From IMG/VR virus record IMGVR_UViG_3300012940_000067, positions 1 to 32,605 of that record: a stretch of DNA of 32,605 nt, one strand, 5' to 3'. Source of the DNA: a virus. Lineage: Duplodnaviria > Caudoviricetes. Positions 17,680 through 26,732 of the stretch are shown here, piece after piece (within the stretch, counting starts at the first letter, position 1; each line of letters opens with the position of its first letter). Under the pieces are notes generated by a model that saw only the letters and a program-made list of their open reading frames with translations, had not been told where the DNA came from and did no database searches. A program made the translations under genes and the position numbers.

Positions 17680-19058
17680 ATGCCGTATAGTTTACCGATC
17701 TTGTTTTGAATATTTTTCACACTGTTGATGACCGCCTTTTCATCCTCCTGGTCTACCGAATCTACTTCTTCAGATACTTCAACCATTTCAGTTTCAATGC
17801 CGGTACGTTCTTCGAAGTATTCAGCGGACATCTGCAAACCAGCATTTTTCATGGTTTGCGCAATCTGCGCTGTGACCAGGTTGCTTTTATCCTGCCTTTC
17901 CCTAAAGGCTTCTTCCTCTTCATCGTTTTTATACCTGAACCGGTAACCTTCAGGAATGCTTGTAAGCCCCAGGTTACGTAGTTTCGGAAATAGCTGTTTG
18001 TTGATAATAGGAAGCATAAACCTTGCATCCTTTACCTGCTTGTCACGCAGCGCTTTAGCAACAGGGCTTTGATCATCGCCTTGTCCAGATCCGAGCTTAC
18101 CGGGGGTACTATCCGCTGCATCAGCATGACCAAGGATAATTTTAGACACTTTTGCCTCGCAGCGTTTTTCCAGGTTATCATATCCCTGATACCCTGTGCC
18201 GCCGAGCTTTGTTTCCAGGAACGTGATGTCGTCCATTGGGTCTATGATTGCATAGCCTGCGGATCCCATAGAACGAATGGCGTTTTCCAACTCGGCACGT
18301 TCTGATTCGGTTGTCTTGGTCGTTTTACCAACACGATAAGGCATGGCGTACAATTCAACAAAATCGCCATTAAAGCCTAATGTGTTGCGTAGGAATATCT
18401 CATATAGAGCAATTTGGTAAAGCAGACCATAACCAGTAGGGCTTATGCCCGAATCGCTTTTAGTGTTGACGAATACATGCCAATCACTTTGCGGCTCTTC
18501 ACGCCAGTCTTTACCCGATGTGGCGTAAATGAAGCTGCCAACCTGATGTCGGTCAGGGGATATAAACCATCGCGGCACCATAGACACATCCTGTATCTGG
18601 CTATCAGCTATATCGCCCAAGGATATAAGGCTATACCCAAAAAATATTGCATCAAGTGCATACTCTTGAAAATCGTAAAACCAAGTCTGTTCTTCCAGCT
18701 CCTGGGTCAACACTGTACTTTCAACCCCTTTAGCATCACATATCTTAAAATCGCGAAGTAAGGTGAGATCTTTACGGCGCTCCATCAGGGCGAATACATG
18801 CCCATTCAAAATCGTATCAATGAAGATGCGCTGCATCTTAACGCGGAAAGGGTAATAGGCTTTCTCTGCCTCCCTAATTGCGTCACGCCACATTGATACA
18901 TCGGTTCTAAGGCGCTGTAGCTGAACAGGGCTGATATAGTTAGCCAGGTTCTGAGTAACCCCTTTTTTGGAATAATTGAAGTTGGCAGCGGTTCCCGGCA
19001 GTGACTGCGTATTGAAACCGAAGTTCTTAACCTTATTTATGCGATTGCGTTTACTCAT
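17676..19058 (-). CDS. Portal protein (Mu gp29/DUF935-like)
   Basis: 460 aa with LDAIFFGYSLI, GLL..IA, FVELYAMPYRVGKT and SKIILG motifs. Confidence 0.88.
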   Translation of the reverse strand: MSKRNRINKVKNFGFNTQSLPGTAANFNYSKKGVTQNLANYISPVQLQRLRTDVSMWRDAIREAEKAYYPFRVKMQRIFIDTILNGHVFALMERRKDLTLLRDFKICDAKGVESTVLTQELEEQTWFYDFQEYALDAIFFGYSLISLGDIADSQIQDVSMVPRWFISPDRHQVGSFIYATSGKDWREEPQSDWHVFVNTKSDSGISPTGYGLLYQIALYEIFLRNTLGFNGDFVELYAMPYRVGKTTKTTESERAELENAIRSMGSAGYAIIDPMDDITFLETKLGGTGYQGYDNLEKRCEAKVSKIILGHADAADSTPGKLGSGQGDDQSPVAKALRDKQVKDARFMLPIINKQLFPKLRNLGLTSIPEGYRFRYKNDEEEEAFRERQDKSNLVTAQIAQTMKNAGLQMSAEYFEERTGIETEMVEVSEEVDSVDQEDEKAVINSVKNIQNKIGKLYGI

Positions 19059-19073
19059 CTCTTCGGTATATGG

Positions 19074-19826
19074 TTAATAGCTGTTTATGTTTTTAATAGG
19101 GCCGCCAAACCGAATCCGGCCACCTTGCTTTGGCTGTTTTACTGGTATCGCTGGTGTTACATCGCCTCTACCGCATTTCTTTAGCCAGTCTATCGCGTCA
19201 TCATACCGCTTAACCCGTAGATCTGGAACATTGCGAGGGGCTATACGGCTGTGAACATGGTACAACGCAATGTCAACTGCATAAGTAACTAACTGTTGAC
19301 TACGAGTGTCGCCAGGTGCCCAATAATTTATATCGCTTAAGCTGGTATTCGCTGGAATGGTATAAGGAACACCAATACCCCAATACTGTACTCCGCTATT
19401 TACGTTGTCCGGATACACGTTTAAGAAAGGCAGGTTATCATAATCCCTGAACTGTAGTGCAACTTCCTGGCTCATAGGCTGCGTGGCTATCTGGCAGGTG
19501 TATACGCTGTCTTTATAAAACACCTTAGCCCCAACAGCATATTGCTGATACAAGTCAAAAGGCGGCTGCGGGAATATGGCGTAATACAAAGCCCCGTTGG
19601 TGTCAGATACCCGATCACCTGCTTTGTAATTAACCGATGCGGCGCTAAAGGGGAGAATGTTCTTCAGCTCTGCGGATAAGTCATACTTCTGAACCAGGTA
19701 GCTGGAAACTTCCTCTAAAGCAGCACTTACCGCACTATCCAGTATAGACGGATCAGAGCTGATAACCTGGTTTAGGTTTTCAACCTGTATCTGCTTTTTA
19801 AAGTCGTTCTGGGTTAAATAGTTCAT
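19074..19826 (-). CDS. Head-tail adaptor (Mu gp36/DUF1320-like) with a large internal insertion
   Basis: AALEEVSSYL.QKYD and VDIALYH.H.RI.PRNVPDLR.KRYDDAIDWL motifs, separated by an insert of about 115 aa. Confidence 0.8.
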   Translation of the reverse strand: MNYLTQNDFKKQIQVENLNQVISSDPSILDSAVSAALEEVSSYLVQKYDLSAELKNILPFSAASVNYKAGDRVSDTNGALYYAIFPQPPFDLYQQYAVGAKVFYKDSVYTCQIATQPMSQEVALQFRDYDNLPFLNVYPDNVNSGVQYWGIGVPYTIPANTSLSDINYWAPGDTRSQQLVTYAVDIALYHVHSRIAPRNVPDLRVKRYDDAIDWLKKCGRGDVTPAIPVKQPKQGGRIRFGGPIKNINSY

Positions 19827-21259
19827 TAGTACGAATTTTTACTTCTGTTAAACCCTGTTGTTATCTTCGTCACCACTCCGCCTTTTTGGTATATAGCGAA
19901 ATCACCGGCGAACGCATAACAAATCAGGTAATCGTTTGCGTCAGACGTATGCCCGTATTTCTCATAAGCCACGCCGGTTTCCGGGTGCTTCTCTTTGATC
20001 TTAGCCTTTGTGCCGTCCGCTGCCTCTTTCAGGTACATATAATCCGAAATAGTCTTTGTGCATTTGTTACCTATTGTGAGTTGCAGATTATTGTACCTGA
20101 AAGCGAAAACGGTATTTATGAAGTTGCCGCGCATCACTACAGGAGGGGCGACAGTTAACACTCGAAGTTGTGGCCGGTATTGGGCTAACGCTCTTAGTAT
20201 GATAACGTAGTCGTTTTGGCCTTTTTCCGTCCTTGTATCCTCTTTCTTGCCGTTAGGATCACCGTAAACAAATAAACCGGCAGAATGGGCCGGAAATCGC
20301 CGTATAAATTCCCTGCACACATTCTCTGTACGGTTGTTAGGCGATTCAAGGCATATCTCATCTATCTGCCTGGCGTGTTTGCCCTCTATCTGCCACACGC
20401 AACACGTCATATATGGGTTAACGTTAAAGTCGAAGGTGATATGAAGCGCAAGCTGCGGATTATACACCGTATCGGCCGTATCCCGGGCACGGTCAAACAG
20501 CTTATAGAAATTGCCGCCTGTCTGCTTCCTGGTCCAAAGCCCTTTGGCGTACACCGAATACGTATAAGGATTGGTGTCCTTATACGCCTCTATCTGTGCT
20601 TTAACCGCTAACGGTAACCAACGGTTGTCTTGGTATACAGAGTGGTGAACTGTTACAGCATATTCGACCTGCTGGCCTTCTACCTCAATTACCGTTGTTG
20701 TCCGATATGCCAGTTCGTCATGATCCTTAAAAAATCTTTTCCAAAACCAGTTTTCGGTATAATCGCCTTCTATCTCAGGGTTGATGCTGAAAAACTCCTG
20801 AAGGCAATCAGCCCGGTCTGAACGGATTGTGAGCGATATAGTCGCGAAATCCTGCTCTTCTGGTATATCCTCTTCATACCACACACATGTGGGGTCTTTG
20901 ATGGATTTTAACGACGCCGGATCATCGCCGCCACGGGCGATAAACCGGTTTCCGTTTTTACATATAATGGCTAACGGGCTTGTCCTGAAAATAAAGAGCT
21001 GTTGTAATCCTAACGATATAATCGTCTGCTTAATATTCTCATAGCTACTTTCCTGTATGGTGTTGTACTTCTTACGATATAAGATGCACTTAAAGTACTT
21101 ATGTGTTAAGCAGTTATATACCAGTTTCTTTGCTACAAAGTCCGATTTGGACGATCCGCGGCTACCGTACAGGATTATAAACCTATCTGTACATTTTACT
21201 AACCGCAGAAACTTTTGATTAATGATCTTTCGCCACTTCGGCCATATCACGCGAATCAT
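19826..21259 (-). CDS. terL: Terminase large subunit (PBSX/SPP1-like)
   Basis: Walker A YGSRGSSKS, Walker B VWYEE, coupling motif SINP, nuclease motifs TFDFN, YGDPNG and HTSDA.DY. Confidence 0.93.
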   Translation of the reverse strand: MIRVIWPKWRKIINQKFLRLVKCTDRFIILYGSRGSSKSDFVAKKLVYNCLTHKYFKCILYRKKYNTIQESSYENIKQTIISLGLQQLFIFRTSPLAIICKNGNRFIARGGDDPASLKSIKDPTCVWYEEDIPEEQDFATISLTIRSDRADCLQEFFSINPEIEGDYTENWFWKRFFKDHDELAYRTTTVIEVEGQQVEYAVTVHHSVYQDNRWLPLAVKAQIEAYKDTNPYTYSVYAKGLWTRKQTGGNFYKLFDRARDTADTVYNPQLALHITFDFNVNPYMTCCVWQIEGKHARQIDEICLESPNNRTENVCREFIRRFPAHSAGLFVYGDPNGKKEDTRTEKGQNDYVIILRALAQYRPQLRVLTVAPPVVMRGNFINTVFAFRYNNLQLTIGNKCTKTISDYMYLKEAADGTKAKIKEKHPETGVAYEKYGHTSDANDYLICYAFAGDFAIYQKGGVVTKITTGFNRSKNSY

Positions 21260-21780
21260 TCATCACTGAAATTTATATCCGGGTCGTCATCGTCCTGGGT
21301 ATCGACCGTTATCACAGTTTGAGCTATTTCCTTTTTATCCGCTAAGCCCAAGTCGCGGGCTATGATACTAGCATTAAATGCCCCAACCGCAGCTCCTTCA
21401 AACTTCTGCTGATACATCACTTGATCTATGCGCGTAAGGATTTCGGTAAAACCTTGCTCGTCATCTGGATCAGATTTTTTGATATTGGCTTTAAAATCAG
21501 AGAAGTAGTTGGAGGAGCATCCCAAATAGTTACAGAGGCCCGCATAAGTAAACGGGCGCTCTGTCGGTATTTCAACAACGGTATGTAGTTTAGTACGTCC
21601 TTTTGAATCTTTGGTCGTGGTCGGTTTTTTGAGCTGTTCTACCTTATGCCAGGGGTTGCTCTGGCACCAGGTGAAATATTCTACAGCCGCACCCCATAAT
21701 AGGGCAGGAGTGGCAAAGAGTCTATCTCTTCCATGTTTACTTCTTAGTTCCCAAAATCTGTTTCCCTTGGGCGCTGCCAT
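21256..21780 (-). CDS. terS: Terminase small subunit (P22 gp3-like DNA-packaging protein)
   Basis: MAAPKGNRFWELRSKHGR...LW.AAVEYF.W and QKFEGAAVGAFNASIIARDLGL closely resemble P22 gp3. Start reassigned from 21906 to the ATG at 21780. Confidence 0.9.
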   Translation of the reverse strand: MAAPKGNRFWELRSKHGRDRLFATPALLWGAAVEYFTWCQSNPWHKVEQLKKPTTTKDSKGRTKLHTVVEIPTERPFTYAGLCNYLGCSSNYFSDFKANIKKSDPDDEQGFTEILTRIDQVMYQQKFEGAAVGAFNASIIARDLGLADKKEIAQTVITVDTQDDDDPDINFSDE

Positions 21781-21967
21781 GCTTCCGATTTTCCGCGTGA
21801 ATGGAGTGCGTATACCCTTTAGGGTGCATGTTCTTACGTGGAGAGAATACCAGGTTAACCCAGCCATTTTTTGAAGGCAAAGCGGTAAGCTGCTGGATAA
21901 ACTCATCCAGGTTAATGCCTACTAAGATTTCGCCTTTTGACTGTTTTACGTTAATTCCTGAAATCAT
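21737..21967 (-). CDS. Small hypothetical protein, first gene of the late operon
   Basis: 76 aa with an ATG downstream of the promoter; KNGWVNL..SPRK...KGYTH motif; overlaps the terS start by 44 nt. Confidence 0.6.
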   Translation of the reverse strand: MISGINVKQSKGEILVGINLDEFIQQLTALPSKNGWVNLVFSPRKNMHPKGYTHSIHAENRKHGSAQGKQILGTKK

Positions 21968-22030
21968 GCGGTATGCGGGTTACGCGATTAACTGGCTTAA
22001 ATCGGAAAATTGAAGAATCGGAAGCCGTTA

Positions 22031-22063
22031 CAAATTTATCAAAATAAAAACTATTTCACCAAA
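22031..22063 (-). promoter_or_regulatory. Canonical Bacteroidota primary-sigma promoter for the packaging operon
   Basis: TTTG(22063-22060)-N21-TAAATTTG(22038-22031), an exact match to the -33/-7 consensus. Confidence 0.7.
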
Positions 22064-22207
22064 TTTATTTTTGCTGAGAATAGCCATGGTAGCGGATTTG
22101 GTGATGTTTATTAGTTGTACATTTGGTGTACAATTGTTGTACGTATTTTTACATATTCCGCAATTCAACTTTCACCTGTTCCCAATACCAGGTTTCATCG
22201 ATTCGTT

Positions 22208-23623
22208 CTACCATGGTACATTTTGTTTAAGTGAATACTTGTTTATCCTAGCTTTGATAGCAGTCATTAACGCATCCTGATTGGCGTTTTTTCCATTTAA
22301 GGAATCGATCATATCCTCATGTATTGTGCCTTTAACAATAAGGCGGGTGTTGATCACAGATACTGTTTGCCCCTGTCTATCCAAGCGCTTTAAAGCTTGC
22401 AAGTACAGCTCTAAACTCCACAACGGGCCAAACCAGGTTGAGTGGTGACCTCCTGCCTGAAGATTAAGCCCGTGTCCAGCGGAAGCTGGATGAAGTAAAA
22501 ACACTTCTATCTTGCCGGCGTTCCAGTCGTCTATGTCGGACGGCCCTTTTAGCTCTCGCAGGTTATAGCCTTTCAGCTTTCTCTTTATCCGATCAAGGTC
22601 TGATTTATACCAGTAGAATACTAGCATCGGTTGCCCGTTTGCAGCTTCCACAGTTTCTTCCAAGGCTTCCAACATTAGGTTATGCACCTCATGGTAAGGG
22701 CCTTTGCTGCCTTCCTCGCCATATACTGCGCCGTTAGCATATTGCCACAACTTACCAGTAAGCGCGGCGGCATTAACAGCAGAGATATGCTCTACATCTT
22801 CTAAAGCAAGTACCTGCTGACGTTCAAAATCCTGGTATTGCTTAAGAACATTCGCCGGTAGATGTATTTCGATATCACGATCAATCCTCGGCGGTAGATC
22901 CAGGTAATCCTCTGCCTTCATGCTTATGCAGATATCCCCTATCTTTTCGTAAATCTCTTTTTTGTAAAACTCATCGCCCAAAAACCCGGTATCATCCGTT
23001 TTCTCGTTGTACTCATAAATCACATGACCGTTGCGTTTACCGGGATTCAGGTAAGTGTTTCGGTATGTGGTTATGTTCTTACCTAACCGCTCGCCCTGAT
23101 CAAGCAAGTAGATCTGAGGCCAAATATTCACGATATCACCCGGAGTGCCAGTAAGGCCAACAACCCTGTTAATCCGTGGGCGAATCGTCCGTAACGCTTT
23201 AAACCTAGCAGCCTTGGCGTCTTTAAAGCTGGACAGCTCATCAATTACCAGCATGTCAAAAGGGAAGGAGCCCCCCAGGTGCGATATAAGCCAAACGACA
23301 TTTTCCCGGTTGATGATGTAGATATCTGCTTTCTGCAATAGGGCTTTTTTACGCTGTGCTTCTGTTCCAAGGATCTTGGCTATCTTCAGGTGTCGCAGGT
23401 GATCCCATTTATGGATTTCGGCGTCCCAAGTATTTTCTGCTACGTTTTTTGGGGCGATAACTAGCACCTTGGAAACCTCGAAGTAATCGTTAATTAGCCG
23501 GTCTATCGCGGTTAAGGTACTTACTGTTTTACCTAATCCCATATCCAGGAATAGGCCTGCTGCTGGATTGTCGATAATATGCTGGGTAGAAAAAGCCTGG
23601 TAGTTATGTGGTTTGTAAATCAT
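22208..23623 (-). CDS. SNF2-family phage helicase
   Basis: DMGLGKT, DELS, LTGTP, SAGHGLNLQ and RLDRQGQ motifs. Confidence 0.92.
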   Translation of the reverse strand: MIYKPHNYQAFSTQHIIDNPAAGLFLDMGLGKTVSTLTAIDRLINDYFEVSKVLVIAPKNVAENTWDAEIHKWDHLRHLKIAKILGTEAQRKKALLQKADIYIINRENVVWLISHLGGSFPFDMLVIDELSSFKDAKAARFKALRTIRPRINRVVGLTGTPGDIVNIWPQIYLLDQGERLGKNITTYRNTYLNPGKRNGHVIYEYNEKTDDTGFLGDEFYKKEIYEKIGDICISMKAEDYLDLPPRIDRDIEIHLPANVLKQYQDFERQQVLALEDVEHISAVNAAALTGKLWQYANGAVYGEEGSKGPYHEVHNLMLEALEETVEAANGQPMLVFYWYKSDLDRIKRKLKGYNLRELKGPSDIDDWNAGKIEVFLLHPASAGHGLNLQAGGHHSTWFGPLWSLELYLQALKRLDRQGQTVSVINTRLIVKGTIHEDMIDSLNGKNANQDALMTAIKARINKYSLKQNVPW

Positions 23624-23910
23624 TTCAGTAGCTTGTTATAAAATTCTTCAATCTGTTCTGCCCTGTCGATCACTTCGACTATGAAGCCTAAAGATCTAAG
23701 CCGGGCTATTACGATTCTCTGCCTGGGGCTTGGCGTTTTTCCGGTTGTCTTTATTTCAGCAAACCCGATCTTGCCCCCTGGTAGTAGCACAATGCGGTCT
23801 GGCATTCCTGTAAAGCTGAGGCACCAGAATTTCAACGCTTTGCCTTTTAACCGTTTAGCGGCTGCCGTAAACTTCCGCTCCAGGTATTTTTCGCTTTCAA
23901 TTTTTGTCAC
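23620..23910 (-). CDS. VRR-NUC domain nuclease
   Basis: ESEKYLE...GMPDRIVL...FAEIK.TGK...RQ. Start reassigned to the GTG at 23910 because the longer ORF runs into the iteron array. Confidence 0.85.
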   Translation of the reverse strand: MTKIESEKYLERKFTAAAKRLKGKALKFWCLSFTGMPDRIVLLPGGKIGFAEIKTTGKTPSPRQRIVIARLRSLGFIVEVIDRAEQIEEFYNKLLK

Positions 23911-23927
23911 GTTGATGATTTTAAGGC

Positions 23928-24193
23928 GTAAACACACGTTGTTTACGGTAAATGTCAATACGGATAAGGGTTTAAGGCTAAACGTAAACAATGTCAACAG
24001 AAAATCCTATAAATCTCTTACGCGTGTATTAGAGCGTACGCGGGTATCGTCTTTCTCTCTATTTAGTATATTCACGCTTTTATACTATTTCGTGTTTACG
24101 GTGTTTACATTCCCTTTAAACTGTTGACCGTTTTACGTTTCGGCGTAAACATTTTATAGGTTTTCCTGTTTACGCTGTGTTTACCGTGTTTAC
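23928..24193. repeat. Iteron array, putative replication origin
   Basis: Nine GTTTAC/GTAAAC hexamers (23928, 23941, 23984, 24094, 24103, 24145, 24168, 24179, 24188) plus GTCAAC/GTTGAC variants, in both orientations around an AT-rich spacer, directly downstream of the primase gene. Confidence 0.7.
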
Positions 24194-26626
24194 GGCTACT
24201 CTTTTATACCCTCTTTGGGTTCCGTAAATCCCAAATCGCATTGTAGACTTTGAGTTGTCCTCCCAACCAGGAATTGTACGCATAATGTCGTGCAGTTCCT
24301 TCGTGTTAAACTTATTCATATCTTTCTGTTGGCCTCCTAATACCTCGCACCATATTTCCGCAATACAGACCTTTTCCCGGCGTCTGGTGCCGATAGGTAG
24401 GGTAGTGTCATCACCAGCGATAAATGCCCGCCTTTCGTAGATATTCATATCCTCCCAGTTATCTGGAAGCAGCATATCCAGGTACCTGGAAATAAGCCCG
24501 GTACGTTCGTCCACTTCGCTGTGATCCTCTTGCGCTGCTGCGGCCATTGCTTCCAGCTCAGGGGATAGGTAAAGCGGCTCACCGGCTTTATATAGCTCTA
24601 CAGCTTCGGCCCAAATCTGGTCGCGTTCATATCTACCGGCAGGGGTAGCGTCTGACAGTTCAATGAATACGTCCTTTGTCGGATCTTGTTCATGCACCCT
24701 GATGGGCCAGAAACGGCGGTTACCGGATGGATCCCGGAGAAAATCCAGTCTGTTGGTAGAGGCGAAAAACACGCATTGCCGTGGGAAATCTTCAAGTCGT
24801 CTGCCGTAAGCGACCCGGTACCGGTCAACACGTTTAGAGATAAAGTGTTTAATAGTTTCAACGTCAGCTTTTTTCAATCCTGCCAGTTCACCCATTTCGA
24901 CAAGCCAAACGCCCTGTAACTGCTCGTAGGCCTCTTTACCTTGTATTGTTGAAAAGCTATCTGAAAACCATTCTCCGCCCAGGGCGTTTATAAGACTACT
25001 TTTCTTTTTACCCTGCTGGCCAACAAGGACAACTACGTAATCAAATTTGGCCCCGGGGGTAAATATCCTGGTAACCGCCGCGGCTAAACTCTTTCTCGTG
25101 AAAGCCCGCGTTAATTCATTATCGACAGCCCCCAGGTAATCTATAAACACCGTTTCAAGCCTTGGTATTCCATCCCATTTTAAACCGGCCAGGTAGTCTT
25201 TTATCGGGTGAAAGCTGTTTTTACGTAGGGTGATATCCAGACCGTCTTTTATTTTCTGAACGGTTGTAATAGAGTAGGTTTTCTCTATGTAGTGCCTGAT
25301 GCTGGCATCATCCGCATCGGTTAAATTCCTTGTTTCCTTAGTCACATGTCGCCACGGCAGATGCTTTAGTGCTACCTCCCGTTTTTCGAAACTGTTATAG
25401 GCTAACCGGTTTTTAAGGTTAGGATCTTTTGACAAGATGGTAACCACATTATCGATGGTATTGCACAGGTTTCCTTTGCGATCGTATTCCAGTTCATCCA
25501 GCCAATCGTTATTTGGTAGTTCCTCTTCGGCTTGTAGTTCTTCCAGCGGAATACCATCGAAATCGTGTTTTGCGTCTTGTAAACGTTCAGCGCCGAGTAG
25601 GCGGCGTACCGCTGGGTCTTTACTTGCCAGGTCGGTCATTGCGGTAAACGACGGCAGACGGTTTGGCGCGGTATCATCCTTTGCGTTTTCGTCTTGCAGC
25701 CCATACAGGTGCAAACGCACCAGGTCAAAGGCGTTACACAGCTTTCCACTGGTAGGGTCGGTTCCGTGATGACTGTAGGCGTATTTATCTTCATAGATCA
25801 CAAGACCGCCGGAAGTGCTGCCCTGTTTAAAGGTGTACCGGTTTTCCAGGACACAAGGTTCATACACATCACTTAAGAATTTTTCAATTACCTCTGTGAT
25901 CGAGTAGGTGCGACAGAACGCCCCGATAAGCCCCGGCTTTTCCAGTGGGTCACCTTGTTTCTTAATATCCCGTTGGATTACGTCTTTATCCTGAGTGCCT
26001 ACGGGCCATTCGCTACTATCCCGCCAGTTGCGGTAGGAGTTTAACACCTCATCTGCGGATAACCAAGGGCCGTCCTGATATTGAAATTCATACACTCCAT
26101 CCTTACTGGTAGAGGGCCAGTACATTAACCGCGAGGGCTGGTAACAGGTATGATCAAACATCTCAATATCCAGGTTGCCGGCTATACGTCTGGCGATGGC
26201 TACGTACTCGTCAGCGGCTACTTCCCTGTCCAACGGGATAATAAGGCGTAACCGCGGATGTTCAGGCGAATGCTTATGTGTTGAGTAGATGGCTGCAGCA
26301 TTGCTGTACAGCAGAGTGAAGTCATCCCACACTGTTGTACTGGCATAATCCAGATCCAGGGTAACAAGTTGGCGATGGAGTACATTACCCTTCAACCTGC
26401 GGCCGCTATTCAGATATCCTCCTACATACCCGCCAACGTCTTTTATCTCATCCTGCCGTTCCTTCTTAGCTGCTAAGAACTCCTTATAGGTTTCCGCGGT
26501 ACGGTGCGTGGTGCTGATCTTAGTTAAGAACTCAGACCACTGCATTTGTTTGTTTTTCCAGTTCTTCGCGTCTCTGAAGTTGCCCAGGGCTATATCAAAC
26601 GTACCATTGTGGTGTACTTGTATCAT
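24170..26626 (-). CDS. Primase-helicase with a VirE/VapE ATPase domain
   Basis: N-terminal AEP-like motifs TLDLD, YSTHKH, RLRLIIPL and SRLMYWPS; C-terminal GQQGKKKS, VEMGEL, YRVAYGR and GNRRFWP. Confidence 0.9.
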   Translation of the reverse strand: MIQVHHNGTFDIALGNFRDAKNWKNKQMQWSEFLTKISTTHRTAETYKEFLAAKKERQDEIKDVGGYVGGYLNSGRRLKGNVLHRQLVTLDLDYASTTVWDDFTLLYSNAAAIYSTHKHSPEHPRLRLIIPLDREVAADEYVAIARRIAGNLDIEMFDHTCYQPSRLMYWPSTSKDGVYEFQYQDGPWLSADEVLNSYRNWRDSSEWPVGTQDKDVIQRDIKKQGDPLEKPGLIGAFCRTYSITEVIEKFLSDVYEPCVLENRYTFKQGSTSGGLVIYEDKYAYSHHGTDPTSGKLCNAFDLVRLHLYGLQDENAKDDTAPNRLPSFTAMTDLASKDPAVRRLLGAERLQDAKHDFDGIPLEELQAEEELPNNDWLDELEYDRKGNLCNTIDNVVTILSKDPNLKNRLAYNSFEKREVALKHLPWRHVTKETRNLTDADDASIRHYIEKTYSITTVQKIKDGLDITLRKNSFHPIKDYLAGLKWDGIPRLETVFIDYLGAVDNELTRAFTRKSLAAAVTRIFTPGAKFDYVVVLVGQQGKKKSSLINALGGEWFSDSFSTIQGKEAYEQLQGVWLVEMGELAGLKKADVETIKHFISKRVDRYRVAYGRRLEDFPRQCVFFASTNRLDFLRDPSGNRRFWPIRVHEQDPTKDVFIELSDATPAGRYERDQIWAEAVELYKAGEPLYLSPELEAMAAAAQEDHSEVDERTGLISRYLDMLLPDNWEDMNIYERRAFIAGDDTTLPIGTRRREKVCIAEIWCEVLGGQQKDMNKFNTKELHDIMRTIPGWEDNSKSTMRFGIYGTQRGYKRVAVNTVNTA

Positions 26627-26628
26627 TG

Positions 26629-26732
26629 TCAGTAAAGCATTTCATATAAATCAATCGTTTCAAATATCTGTCCATCCAGTCGGCCGCAAGATCAAAGCCA
26701 CCTATACCTGAGAATAAACTACCGTGTGTCAT
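26629..26732 (-). pseudogene. Internally deleted C5 DNA cytosine methyltransferase remnant
   Basis: ATG at 26732 (ATGA-coupled) gives MTHGSLFSGIGGFDLAADWM, i.e. motif I FxGxGG. It is joined out of frame to QIFETIDLYEMLY*, which stops 2 nt before the primase ATG. Confidence 0.8.

Noticed and set aside
21781-21906. 42-aa N-terminal extension of TerS in the supplied ORF
   Set aside because: P22 gp3 similarity begins at MAAPKGN (21780), and the extension overlaps the 76-aa ORF in another frame.
22149-22214. 21-aa minus-strand ORF MVERIDETWYWEQVKVELRNM overlapping the helicase stop
   Set aside because: It may be a gene remnant, but it is too short to support, and an in-frame stop lies just upstream.
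23911-23997. N-terminal extension of the VRR-NUC ORF
   Set aside because: It is a translation of iteron DNA; the family motif starts just after the GTG at 23910.
24170-26626. Deviant Walker A (GQQGKKKS) as an inactivated helicase
   Set aside because: A basic residue replacing the Gly before the catalytic Lys occurs in VirE-family ATPases, and the other motifs are intact.
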